Source: Heterodontus francisci | Lineage: Eukaryota | Assembly: GCF_036365525.1 (NCBI RefSeq) | Contig: NC_090371.1 | Coordinates: 136,644,737 to 136,708,736 of the forward strand | DNA: 64,000 nucleotides | Direction: 5' to 3' | Shown here: in pieces, positions 36,996 through 48,929 of the stretch | Layout of the letters: each line of letters begins with the position of its first letter | Numbering within the stretch: position 1 is the first letter of the stretch | Notes under the pieces: generated by a model | The model's input: the letters and a program-made list of their open reading frames with translations, nothing else | The model's database searches: none | Told to the model about the DNA's origin: nothing | Position numbers and translations under genes: made by a program

Positions 36996-39047
36996 GCCAG
37001 CAAATAGCAGTATCGACAGCGCCAGTGAGAGCGGTGGCCACTGCCGATATTGCAGAGGCCTCAGTCCCAGGCCCAGCGCTGGATCCCAGACAAGAGGTAG
37101 GTGAGGTGGAGTCACCTGGCCAGTCTGGGTCCTGAAGGAGGGGGGTTCTGGGGGGTAAAGGTGTTCTCAATGGCAGTCCTCCGTGGGCTAAATATTGCAT
37201 ACGAAGTAGGGCGCCCCCCCGAAGCCCACAGGGAGAGCACCTTGTTTTATAAGGAGTCCTCCCTGCACAGCGGAGGCTCCCCCCACCGCTGGTAAGATCC
37301 CAGCGGCAGTGGGACCAGACTCTTAACTGGCCATTAATAGACCACCTAAGGGTCTCGATGGCCTCTGGGTAAGAAGGCTGTCACCAGCCTTTTCCACCCT
37401 GGGAAGATCACCTAGCGATGGAGAGGCGACGGCACTCTGCCCCTGCCCACTGCCACCCATCACGATACTCCCTGCCCATCTGCCTCCTTCCCCAGCGCTG
37501 GGGGGGGTGACCATAAAATCCCAACCATGGTCGCAATGTGACCAAGGATGGGAACTAAATATTACAGATACTTGACATTTCAAAAAGTCAGCCCTACACC
37601 TGTGTATGTTCTTAAGTTCTTAAACTTCCTCCAGTTTAAATATCATCAGAACAAAATCCACTCTATTTCTCTCCCAACAGCATCTCTGTGTCTCCTGTGT
37701 TGTCTGTTAGTTTTCTCTGGATGTTACCTCAAGCTACGTCAGGAGCAGAACTCAGCGTCCTACCTCTCCATCCACTCTGGTCACTTTCTTTTCCCTCAAC
37801 AATATAGCCCATTTCTCTCCTACCATCTCCAAATCTTAGTCTATAACTTCATTGTCACCAGATAAGATCGTAAAAAACAAAAGGCACCTGTGAAACCATG
37901 AGCCTGACCCCTCAGGAGAAAATTAAGATATACTTAGAGCCAAACTTGTTTATTGCCATCACAGTTATATGATGTATATTCCTGCCACTAAATGCCTTGT
38001 ATACGCTAGTATATTTGTATTCTCTCAGTAGCTTTTTTAAAAAAGTATAAATTATTCAGATACAAACTTGTCTTTGTTTTCATTTTTCACTATCAGATAA
38101 AATAGGAGGAAATGATGCAGATCAACATGCAGTATTGCACCAGTGTGCAGAAAAGGGTAATGTAACAATATATTAGAAAAATGGGTGCAAAATTATTTGC
38201 AATTGCAAATTGTTTCAAAGTCATCCATATTTATTATATTATGGCAGACCTTGGCAGCAAAAAGTGATTTATAGTTCAATTTTGCTTTGATGTGAGGCCA
38301 CTGTGTACACATGCATGTGTGTGAGCTAGGAACAACGTTATTAAGACTTAAGTCCATTCAAGAAAAAAAATACAAAATTTTTCTGAGTGAATTTTTAAAG
38401 CTGCGTGGCTTTAAGTTTATTTATTGAAATTATAAAATCATCTTTTAATATTGCTGAGGAAAAGTTAATTAAAATAGAACATATTGTCTCTTTGAGATGC
38501 TAAGCATGTGGGTAGACTTCTGTTGAGTTATTGCAGGTGTTTTAATTTTTGTGGGAGTGGAGATGAGTTTTACTGACGCCAGGATGTTGTATTCTGATTA
38601 TATCATTTGTATCCTGTTTATCAGGATGTGCACTATTCAGCTCATCACTGTGAACACAATATCAAAATGAAAAGATCTGCTTCACCTATTACCATAAATT
38701 AATTTTCAAAATTTTTGTCATACGCTAGAGCCATATTTGCATCAAACCCTTACAAACGTAACGCAGATGCTATAGTTTAAGTGCAATTTTGCTAAACAAA
38801 ACAATAGTTATTACTCACATTAGCAATGATTCCACTAAAAGATTGCCATCAGGGACTATTCTGATATCTTACTTGGAAATGTACTGCACTGTGTGGTACT
38901 ATTCCAGATGGACCAGAAAGATTCCAAGTTCAATCCTTAGGTTTTGCTCATCTCAGATGAGCTGTTAAATTCCAGAAAGTTTGTTGTGGAAGGATAATGC
39001 TGGAGCTTATCTTTACTCAGTTTCACATTTATTATACAGAGTACACA

Positions 39048-39381
39048 GGGCGGCACAGTGGCGCAGTGGTTAGCACCGCAGCCTCCCAGCTCCAGTTCTG
39101 GGTACTGCCCGTGCGGAGTTTTCAAGTTCTCCCTGTGGCTGCGCGGGTTTCCGCCGGGTGCTCCGGTTTCCTCCCACCTCCAAAAGACTTGCAGGTTGAT
39201 AGGTAAATTGGCCATTGTAAATTGCCCCTAGTGTAGGCAAGTGGTAGGAGAATGGTGGGGATGTGGTAGAGAATATGGGGATTAATGTAGGATTAGTATA
39301 AATGGGTGGTTGTTGGTCGGCACAGACTCGGTGGGCCGAAGGGCCTGTTTCAGTGCTGTATCTCTAAATAAATTTTTTTTT
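39048..39381 (+). mobile_element. HE1-like V-SINE inserted in the LTR
   Basis: Same family as 4862-5200 and 13190-13490. Confidence 0.9.
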
Positions 39382-39473
39382 GAATAAAGTAAAAGGATTA
39401 CAAACATGTAGCCCCTCACTCAAAACCCTCCACCAGTCTCAGTAGGAGTCTCTTTATAGTGCTGAAGTAAGAC

Positions 39474-40043
39474 AAACAAAGAACAGTACAGCACAGGAAC
39501 AGGCCATTCGGCCCTCCAAGCCTGCGCCGATCTTGATGCCTGCCTAAACTAACACCTTCTGCGCTTCCGGGGTCCGTATCCCTCTATTCCCATCCTATTC
39601 ATGTATTTGTCAAGATGCCTCTTAGACGTCGCTATGGTACCTGCTTCCACCACCTCCCCCGGCAACAAGTTCCAGGCACTCACCACCCTCTGTGTAAAGA
39701 ACTTGCCTCGCACATCCCCTCTAAACTTTGCCCCTCTCACCTTAAACCTATGTCCCCTAGTAACTGACTCTTCCACCCTGGGAAAAAGCTTCTGACTATC
39801 CACTCTGTCCATGCCGCTTATAACTTTGTAAACCCCTATCATGTCGCCCCTCCACCTCCATCGTTCCAGTGAAAACAATCAGAGTTAATCCAACCTCTCC
39901 TCATAGCCAATACCCTCCAGACCAGGCAACATCCTGGTAAACCTCTTCTGTACCCTCTCCAAAGCCTCCACGTCCTTCTGGTAGTGTGGCGACCAGAATT
40001 GCACGCAATATTCTAAGTGTGGCCTAACTAAAGTTCTGTACAG
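39474..40043 (-). mobile_element. CR1 3' fragment (second subfamily) inserted in the LTR
   Basis: [19 protein letters not shown] and FFTQRVVSAWN; tail differs (gttctttgttt). Confidence 0.9.
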
Positions 40044-40099
40044 AGCCCAGTTAACAACCTCCAATTGCATATGATTAAACAATTAATACATAATTAACA

Positions 40100-40117
40100 G
40101 ATTCCCTTCTTTCTTTT
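40100..40117 (-). other. Polypurine tract of the Copia element
   Basis: Minus strand aaaagaaagaagggaatc directly precedes the 3' LTR start TGTT. Confidence 0.75.
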
Positions 40118-40189
40118 ATAATAAAAGTTAGATTAATATGTTCAAACAACATTGAAGAATAAATTCCATATTAGATACAAAGTATTACA

Positions 40190-42060
40190 TTGCGAGACAC
40201 CCTCCTCTAACACCCCTAACAATTTTTTTGTACTAGCATTTCTTTTTGTGAAACAATCGGATAGCTGATGACTTGCATCTACCTGCTCAAGTTTGGAGAT
40301 TTCCTTTCTCTCCAGCATTTGTTTTAATCCAGAAGATTAGCATGTGAAGCATCACTAAAAATGACTAAAAATGTTTTTTGTGTGACCTAAGGTCACCTCA
40401 GTGCACACTTCTCCAGGTTTAACTTTTTTAATATTTTATTTGCCCTTAAAATATTCTCAACTTTCAGGTGTTTCATCATTGTACTTAGCTCCAGCACATC
40501 AAAAATAGCATCAGGTCTAGTCTGAGTCCACAACCAATTTAATTAACTGATTAGGTTTGCAATTGCTCGGTCTCTTCTTTAGATAGATCATCATCTCTCT
40601 GTGATGACCTAACACAATTAAATGGAATGGGAGTAACACTCTCTAAATAGGATTGTTGATTTAAAGTTATTCCAGTCAGTCTCCTTAATATCTAAACCAA
40701 TACATTTAAAGGCCCCACAGGCCGAATCCCAGATAAAAGTCAGTGACGAACCCGTTTCTGCCTAGCCCAGGGAGCCGTTCCACATTTTACGGGTCCCCTG
40801 GCTTTAATTGTTCAGAGGCAGGACTTCCACCTGCTTGAGGGAGGATGTCCCGCCTCATTGAGCTGCCGGCCAATCATCGGGCCGGCAGCTCTTAATCCCA
40901 GCAGTGCCACCGGGAGCAGTGGCCACTGCTGCGATTGCAGCCCAGCCAAGGACATGGAGCCAGGAGTGAGGTAAGCAAGGTTTGCCATGCCGGGCCGCGA
41001 CCGATGTGCCCGGCGAGTCAAGGGTGGTCGTTTGGGGGGAAGTGGGAGCATCTTGGGTCCAGGGGATGGGTTGGGAGGTGGGGGCTGACCTCAATCAGGC
41101 ACCCTGTGCCCAATTGTCAGGGCACCCCCTGGGGCGTGGAAAGGCCAGCAGCTTTCACTGGGTAGCCTTTTATGTCCACAGCACGCCGCTTGCCACAGGT
41201 AAAATACCAGTGGAGATGGGTGAAGGCCCTTAAGTGGCCATTAAGTGTCCACTTAAGGGCCTTGATTGGCCTGGGGTGAGCAGACCGTTTCTCGCACCCC
41301 TCCCACCCTCCCCCCCCCCCCCACCACCTTCGTAAAGTTGGCCGGAGGCGGGAGCGGGTCGGAAAGGCCTCCCAGAGCCTCCCACTCATTTTACGCCACC
41401 CCCATGCCACCATCCGGCTTGCAGGGGTAGCGTAAAATTCCAGCTCCAATCTTAAATTCTGCTCTAATCTTATTAATAACATATTTCTCAAAATCCACAC
41501 TACCACCCCTTAAGAAATTATCAACGTGCATCATGAAGATGCCTGAAAGTTTCCCTTTATGATACCAATAAAACATTGCAGGATCTGATTTTAGTTTAAC
41601 ACAAACAATTTTCAACAAAACTGATCTCACTGAGAAATACCACACCCTGGAAGTATCATTAAGGCCAGAGGCACATTTGTTCAGTTTCCATAGTTTTCCT
41701 TCTGCATCTGCTGCCTCTTTAGGTGGTTTCAGAAACACTTCTCTCTGAAAATGCTCACTCTGCATAAATGCAGCTTTTATGTCAATGGATTTACATTCCC
41801 ATGAATATATGGCCAAACGAGCTAAAAGAATTTTTAATATTACTTTTCCAGCTGTGGGAGAGTCCACTCGAGCATCAGTATCACCCAGTCGCTCTTCAAA
41901 ACCCCTTGCAACTAGCCTCACTTTAGCCTTATAACTTCCATTGGGAAGGACTTTTTCAGTACAAATCCAGCTATGTCACAAGGCTGGCTGTCCCCAATCT
42001 GGTGCCTCAGAATTTACACCAAACTTGATCCAAGTCTCTAATTCCTTATTATTGCTTCTC
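40190..42060 (-). pseudogene. Copia reverse transcriptase / RNase H remnant (split by MITE)
   Basis: RLVARGFEE, DSPT, IDIKAAF, RVWY, SDPAMF, MHVDN(D), LNWL..QTRPD, SDAS and terminal QLSDCFTK. Confidence 0.9.
40711..41446. mobile_element. Harbinger-type MITE inserted in Copia RT
   Basis: Reverse complement of the family at 4697-5704; end gcgtaaaattccagc. Confidence 0.7.
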
Positions 42061-42577
42061 ATTAGTTTATCCTCAAGTTTATTGGCAGCCACTAAAACTT
42101 CACCGTCATGAGGACTTCTGCTTTTAGTTCTAATCTGAGACTGCTCTCTAGCCTTTGTTTCATAGTGGAATCTGTTCAAAATACAGCCTATATTAGCACT
42201 GTGATGTATTTTGGGATGACTGCTATAAGATCTCCCTTGCTCACTATCGGAGGCTCTTTCTACAGTACGGGATCATTTCCTGATGCAAGAGTCACTTCCA
42301 GACCCACTATTAAAACTTACACTGCTCTTAATTACTCTCCACTCATTCGCTCCATTCTGCCAGTCCATGGACATTGCTTCTCGGCCATCATCTTGAACAT
42401 TCAACCAATATTTAAACTTGCCAGTAGATTTTCCTGCACATCCCACATTTGTTGCATCTCTCCATTTATTAGACCCCTCTGGAATATATGTTACCCAAGT
42501 ACCTACTCAGGGCAATTGTTCTTTGGATGCTCTTTCTTGAGTGTCATGATCACTCTCACATTACTAGCCAACCCTTG

Positions 42578-44171
42578 ATAGAGTCATAGACTCATAGAGT
42601 TATACAGCACAGAAAGAGGCCCTTCGGCCCATCATGTCTGTGCTGGCCATTAAGCACCCAACTATTCTAATCCCATTTTCCAGTACTTGGCCTGTAGCCT
42701 TGTATGCTATGGCGTTTCATGTGCTCATCTAAATACTTCTTAAATGTTGTGAGGGTTCCTGCCTCTACCGTCTCTTCAAGCAGTGCGTTCCAGATTCCAA
42801 CCACCCTCTGGGTGAAAATTATTTTCCTCAAATGCTCTCTAAATCTCCTGCCCCTTACCTTAAATCTAGACCCCCTGGTTATTGGCACCTCCACTAAGGA
42901 AAAAATGTTTCTTCCTATCTAACCCTATCAATGCCCTTCATAATTTTGCATACCTCAATCAGGTTCCCCCTCAGCCTTCTCTGCTCTAAGGAAAGCAACC
43001 CCAGCCTTTTCAGTCTCTCTTCATAGCTGAAATGCTCCAGCCCAGGCAACATCCTGGTGAATCTCCTCTGTACCCTCTCCAGGGCAATCACATCCTTCCT
43101 ATAGTGTGGTGCCCAGAACTGTACACAGTACTGCAGCTGTGGCCTAACCAGCATTTTAGTCAGCTCCATCATAACCTCCCTGCTCTTATATTCTATGCCT
43201 CGGCTAATAAAGGCAAGTATCCCATATGCCTTCCTAACCACCTAATCTACCTGTGCTGCTGCCTTCAGTGATCTATGGAGAAGTACACCAAGGTCCCTCT
43301 GACCCTCTGTACTTCCTAGGGTTCTACAATCCATTGTATATTCCCTTGCCTTGTTAGTCCTCCCAAAATACATGACCTCACATTTCTCAAGATTAAATTC
43401 CATTTGCCACTGCTCCGCCCATCTTAGCAGCCCATCTATATCGTCCTGTAATCTAAGGATTTCCTCCTCACTATTTACAACACCACCAAATTTCGTGTCA
43501 TCCGCGAACTTACTGATCATACCTCCTATATTCACATCTAAATCATTAATGTACACTACAAACAGCAAGGGTCCCAGCACCGATCCCTGCGGTACATCAC
43601 TGGTCACAGGCTTCCAATCGCAAAAACAACCCTGACCATCACCCTCTGCCTCCTGCCACTAAGCCAATTTTGGATCCAATTTGCCAAATTGCCCTGGATC
43701 CCATGGGATCCTACCTGCTTAACCAATCCCCCATGCGGGACTTTATCAAAAGCCTTACTGAAATCCATGTAGACTACATCAACTGCTTTACCCTCATCTA
43801 CGCATCTAGTCACCACCTTGAAAAATTCAATCAAGTTAGTTAGGCACGATCTCCCCCTGACAAAGCCATGCTGACTATCCCTGATTAATCCCTGTCTCTC
43901 CAAGTGGACATTAATCCTGTCCCTCATAATTTTTTCCAATTGTTTCCCTATCACTGATGTTAGACTCTCTGGCCTGTAATTACCTGGTTTAGCCCTGCTG
44001 CCCATCTTGAATAATGGTACCACATTTGCTGTCCTCCAATCCTCTGGTGCCTCTCCTGTGGCCAGAGAGGATTTGAAAATTTGTGTTAGAGCCCCTGCTA
44101 TCTCCTCCCTTGCCTCACATAGCAGCCTGGGATACATCTCATCTGGGCCTGGGGATTTATCCACTTTTAAG
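42578..44171 (-). mobile_element. Young CR1 (HER1-like) LINE, 5'-truncated, inserted between Copia IN and RT
   Basis: ORFs 43604-44215, 43242-43607 and 42915-43241; highly similar to 15020-16590. Confidence 0.95.
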
Positions 44172-44349
44172 TGATCGACCGTATTCTGTTCCTCAGGACC
44201 TTCATCACTAAACACATGATCATTTGAGGTACAAGGTGCCTTGTTTCCCTCTATCAGCTGCTCAGATTCTGAGATTTTATAATCGAACCCTGATTAATCA
44301 TGAGAATTGAACCTTAACAGTTTGATATCCATGCTTGATAACTACTGTC

Positions 44350-45210
44350 TTATCATCATGACCTTACCTGCCCCTTCCATTCCCTATGACCCTCTCTTTT
44401 ATAATACACCAAATCTCCTGAATTAAATTCTGCCTCAGATGGCCTTATATGATGCCTCAGAGCTCTCCGAATTTTCTCAGAGACCTCAGCCTTGATGAGA
44501 GCCCATCTCCCTGCATGTAAAGAATTCGAATGTGCAGAAAAAATTGAACTAATTGTAGTACCTTCTAGAGCAGGAGGACTGTCACATAGTACAAAAGGCA
44601 ATTTGGGATTTCACCCATAGTCCGATTGATAGGGACTATATTCCCCAACCATCATAAGCAAATTCTTTGTGTGAACTGCCAATGCCAGGGGAGTTGTCAA
44701 TTTGCAGTCGGCTGGTCAGCTCAGATTTTATGCAGCATTTCATCAATCACTGCATGATTCCTTTCACAGAGTCCATTGCTGAAAGGACTTTGAGCTTCCA
44801 TATTCATAACTATAATGTTCATGTTTTCACACTTGTCTCTGAACTCATCATTGGCAAATACCCCTCCATTATTAGTCAGAAACTTAGCAGGTTCCCCAAG
44901 TCCAGTCCCTATTGTAGAAAGACAAGATCTAGTTGCTAGGTCTATAAAATGTAGAATGAAAATATTCTTGTCTTTGTGTCTTTGTTCCATACTTTAAATC
45001 CATGGCAACCACGTCGTTAAAGTTACATGCCAATGGAGGGCTGACAATAGGATGTGATGGTGTCCTCCGATACTTTTTACAGATTTCATGCTTTTCACTA
45101 ATCTCTTCTGTTATCCTTATATACTCTTCATCAATCATATTTGCAACCTTTAGCAGGGTTTTTAATCTTTGACAAGAAGGGTGAGCAAATTGTCTATGTA
45201 GCGTGTAACT
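44350..45210 (-). pseudogene. Copia integrase remnant
   Basis: HRQFAH-x30-(H for C)EIC zinc motif; VVAMDLK, FLTNNGG (D to N) and SPFSNGLCERNH catalytic segments. Confidence 0.88.
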
Positions 45211-45277
45211 TTAAGACAATTTGCTTTTTATCTCTCTGATTCAAAACACCTGATGCCATTAATACCTCTTTAACACT

Positions 45278-45690
45278 CTAACAAGAAACATCAGGTTTTG
45301 TTGAGGGGATACCATAATGCCCTGACTGGGTAAACTGCAAATTCACTGACTTTCCAAAAACAAGTGCCTTATCATGCTCCATATCAAGTTTCATTTGTGC
45401 CTTTTTCATTGAAGGTTTGCTCAACAGTAAAGGTATCTCACTAGAGACTATATCAGTACTGATAAAGTGGCTTGCTTCAGCTATTTTACATGGATTTACT
45501 ACTCTCTTCAGTGACTTCAATGTGTTGTCATTACCAAACCTAAAGCTGGTAGTAAGTACTTTTATACTCCTTAACCTCGCATCGATTCTCACGATTGGGT
45601 GAATCAAGATAACACATACTGTCAATGCGCAAGCATTATTTAATACAGCACAGTTGAATTAATCTGCAACTAACACATTCATCACAGGAC
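45278..45690 (-). pseudogene. Copia aspartic protease remnant
   Basis: FNCAVLNNACALTVC (degenerate D-S/T-G site), FRFGND, IPLLLSK. Confidence 0.7.
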
Positions 45691-45769
45691 TAAATCTCCC
45701 TGTGACTGGTACAATTCATTCAGATTCATCAGTATCTTCCTCTTCTGCCCCAGAATTCTCTGTATTGTG

Positions 45770-46634
45770 TGTTATTTTGAGGACTCTGCCCCTCTGCTTT
45801 GGGCAGTTCATTGCGTCACACCTGAAGCAACTATTAACTGTCTCTTGGTCATTCCTGGGATTCATTCGCCTATGATTGCTGTTCCAATTCTGTCTTCTAC
45901 TGTAATAGTCAGACCTGCTAAAGGTGCTTTCATCCTTATTCCTCCTGCCTTTAACTCTTCCATTATACTTATGCCTGCGTCCAGTATCTGGACCATTTCA
46001 AAATCCAGTGAACATTAAGTCCTACATTCTTTGTGTCACCATAAAATGCCCTGTCTGTTCTTCCAGGGCTGAATGTTTCTGCAGGAATTTCTGTAAGGCA
46101 GCAGCCATCTGATCTAACAGGGAGTCTTTTTCCAAGAACCGAACCCCAGTTAGAATGACGAGCCTGTCCATATGTGACACCCCAGCATATTTTGGCAATT
46201 TAAATTCTAACGCTGAACCAGAGATCGCCAAATTAAATTTCCTCAATCTCCTATGCAGTCTGTTAAAGTCCATGATATATTCCTCTATTGTATAACCATC
46301 TGTTTTCCAAAATCTATGACCGTCTGACCATGCTTCTTATGCATTCAACAAGTCATCTTTCTTGTAAATTTCATCCAAAAATTCTAACAGAAGATCCAAA
46401 CCTTCATCAGTATCCAACTGATGCATCCGGTCCACAAAACACTTCACTTCTGATTTTATGTTTGGTAGGAAGTGACAACACCCAGGCCATACGTTGTTTT
46501 CTCTTTGGTAGGGATGTAACCCGTGTCCACATATCCACTTCATTTTTCCACTGTTCATATGGTTCAGACTCAGAGAACAACGGAGGGTAATCATACCCAG
46601 ATAATTTGCACTTCCTTTCTGCCATATTTTCCAC
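45770..46634 (-). pseudogene. Copia gag remnant
   Basis: YPPLFSESEPYEQWKNEVDMWTRVTSLPKRKQ; partly deleted zinc knuckle CFRCD..NCP near 45800-45840. Confidence 0.75.
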
Positions 46635-46703
46635 AATAGCCAGTGAGATTTTAGTTTTCTATGAAAATTTTTTTTCCCTAGATTTCAACCTTCAGCCTTA
46701 GGC

Positions 46704-46721
46704 AACCATCCTCTGCTACCA
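46704..46721 (-). other. Primer-binding site for initiator tRNA-Met
   Basis: Minus strand TGGTAGCAGAGGATGGTT abuts the 5' LTR; + strand AACCATCCTCTGCTACCA equals the 3' 18 nt of vertebrate tRNA-iMet as I recall it. Confidence 0.9.
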
Positions 46722-46916
46722 TGTTAAATTCCAGAAAGCATGTTGTGGAAGGATAATGCTGGAGCCTATCTTTACTCAGTTTCATATTTATTGTATAGAA
46801 TAAAAGGATTACAAACCCTCCACCAGTCTCAGTAACAGTCTCCTTATGTGTTCAAGTAAGACCCAGGTTAACACCCTCCACTTACATGTAATGAAACAAT
46901 TGATATGCAATTAACA
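46722..46916 (-). repeat. Copia 5' LTR (195 bp)
   Basis: TGTTAA...TTAACA termini; homologous to 38963-40099. Confidence 0.92.
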
Positions 46917-46994
46917 TGGGTACGCTTGGAGATTCTACAAATATCTCCAGAATCCTTGGGATAGGGAAGAAAAATATTAATTGTGACTCTTATT

Positions 46995-47435
46995 GAGGTT
47001 GTCAGCTTTGCTCAGTGACAGCACTGTCACCTCTGAGTCAGAAGGTTATGGCTTCAAGTCCAACTCCAGAATGTATAATTCAAATGTTTACATTTGTGCA
47101 GTATTGAGGGAGTGCTGCACAGTAGGAGGTGGAGTCTTTCAGTGAGGTGTTAAACCAAGACCCCTGCTGTACTCTCAGGTGGGCGTAAAAGATCCTATTG
47201 CACTAGCCTGAGAAACAAGCAAGTAATTCTCCTCAGAGTCCTGGCCAATATTTATCCCTCAACCAACGTCAACACAGATTTTTTTGGTCATTTACTTATT
47301 TGCTCTTTGTAGGACCTCACTGTGCCCAGATTGGTTGCTGCGTTTCCATATTACAAAGTACTACATTGGCTATAAAGCACTTTGGGCTGTCCTGAGGTTG
47401 AGAAAATCTCTATATACTTGCAAGTTCTTTCTTCG
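46995..47435 (+). mobile_element. Deu-domain SINE (SacSINE1-like) with L2-type tail
   Basis: tRNA-like head (gctcagt...ttcaagtcc), central gagggagtgctgcac...gtgttaaacc, tail ttgcaagttctttctt. Confidence 0.65.
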
Positions 47436-47734
47436 TTAGTGACCTCTGCTGTAAAATAAGCATGTGTGAAGACTGAATTGGGCTCAGCAGTGATGATCCC
47501 ACATAAAAAATGACAACTTGTGTAAAATAATTAAAGGATATTTCCTGTTAGGTAAGAAATATCACAATTTTTTTAGAGAAACTGGTGTGGGTAGAGGTTA
47601 AAGAAAGACTTTGTAAAGAAAATGCTCCTGCCATTCTTTTCTTTCAACACAATTGACTGTGCTGTGAGGAAAAATGATTGAAGCCAGGATATTGGGCTCA
47701 TTTAAGAAATGAAGGAAAATAGGAGAACAACTTT

Positions 47735-48445
47735 GGGCTGAACTCTTAGGCCCCAATGGGGGCAGGCACAGAGGTGGGTGAGCACGTAATTTCCCTGGTT
47801 TCATCCCATCCCCGGGCCATTTTCCTGGAGGCAGAATGGAGGTTGGGGGGGTGGGGGGAGGTGGTGGTGTCAGGGCTACCCACCCACAAATGGCAGGAAG
47901 CCAATTACCCTCAATAATGGCCAATTAGGGTCTATTATTGGAGGCCGAATGGGATTTTCCAGTCGGCCTCCGGGTGTCCGGAGGCAGCAGCGAACAGTGC
48001 ACCTACCTGGAGGTAGCCTCCTGGCAGCAGATCGGGGGTCAGTGCTCCAGGCAGACTTAGAGACCCTCCATGCCTTTCTGGCTTTGGCTGCAACTGCAGG
48101 CCACCCTGTCGAGGGATTCCTCTTCCACAATGCTGGCCCGGCTGCCGAGGGTGTCTTTTTACTTTACAGCTAAAAAAGTTGGAGATGGAGCGTCCACTTG
48201 GGGCACCCTTTCCCTCATTTTCCTACAAAGGCATCCTGCTGGTTCTTCAGTGCTGGAGGTCTTCCTATTGGCCCTCCAGCTTTGAGAGCCTACCAGCCAT
48301 TCTCAATTGGACAATGAACCCACCCTCTGACCATTAATTGGCCAATTCGGGGAAAATCACAGCCAGATGATGTTTCCCACACAGTGCAGGCTTCTGAACT
48401 CTATTTGACCATGCCGGCGGCGTCCCGAAGCACGAGGGGAAAAAC
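47735..48445. mobile_element. GC-rich MITE (Harbinger-type terminus)
   Basis: Starts gggctgaactcttaggcccc, like 63064 gggctgaattttcaggcccc; abrupt GC rise. Confidence 0.5.
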
Positions 48446-48929
48446 ATTGATTCCATGCTTGGGTGCTCCCATTTAGAAACAATTTCTGGAAGTACAGGTT
48501 GGATAATGTGAACCTGATCTTTGTTGAGAGCATCTGGTCACAGAATCAGCTCTTTAGTATGTTGTAAGTTAGAAAATCAACAGGTGATGTGGGAGGGAAA
48601 TTCATGACCTGACTCTGGGTGAGCTGATTTTTATGCGCTAAATGGCCTTTCTTAATCTGTGCTTCTTCATGTTTTTATGCACCGTAGTGTAAGTGAGCAC
48701 CTTCAGATGGGGTGAAAATTGGAGGGTGAAAGAAAAGAGATGTCATCATCATCAGAAAGTGTTTGGCAAACATTTTTGTTGTTCTTTACAGACATATGAC
48801 ATGGTAAGATTTTGATTGCAATCACATAAAATGGATGAAAGTGAGTCATCAACTTTTTTTACATCTCTCCTGTTTTTACTTCTATTAAACTCAATTGAAA
48901 TAAAAACCGGAAGAGATGTAAAACAAGTG

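Larger units (their letters stand above)
36125..37526. mobile_element. GC-rich Harbinger-type MITE
   Basis: 3-bp TSD atg (36122-36124, 37527-37529); termini aggctggat / ataaaatcccaacc; internal motifs shared with 4697-5704 and 40711-41446. Confidence 0.65.
35680..37590 (+). mobile_element. Old CR1 ORF1 end / ORF2 endonuclease start (outer layer of a nest)
   Basis: KALYLNTQSICNEIDEPEAQIKINGFDLIAIT before 36122 continues as W-SQCDQGWELNI after 37527. Confidence 0.7.
38963..40099 (-). repeat. Copia 3' LTR, interrupted by a SINE and a CR1 fragment
   Basis: Three segments (38963-39043, about 39388-39473, about 40044-40099) align in order with 46722-46916. Confidence 0.9.
38963..46916 (-). mobile_element. 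Ty1/Copia LTR retrotransposon, GalEa-like, near full length, decayed, with 4 nested insertions
   Basis: Two homologous LTRs (TGTTAA...TTAACA), PBS, PPT and domain order gag-PR-IN-RT-RH on minus strand; possible decayed 5-bp TSD tgagc / tgggt. Confidence 0.92.
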
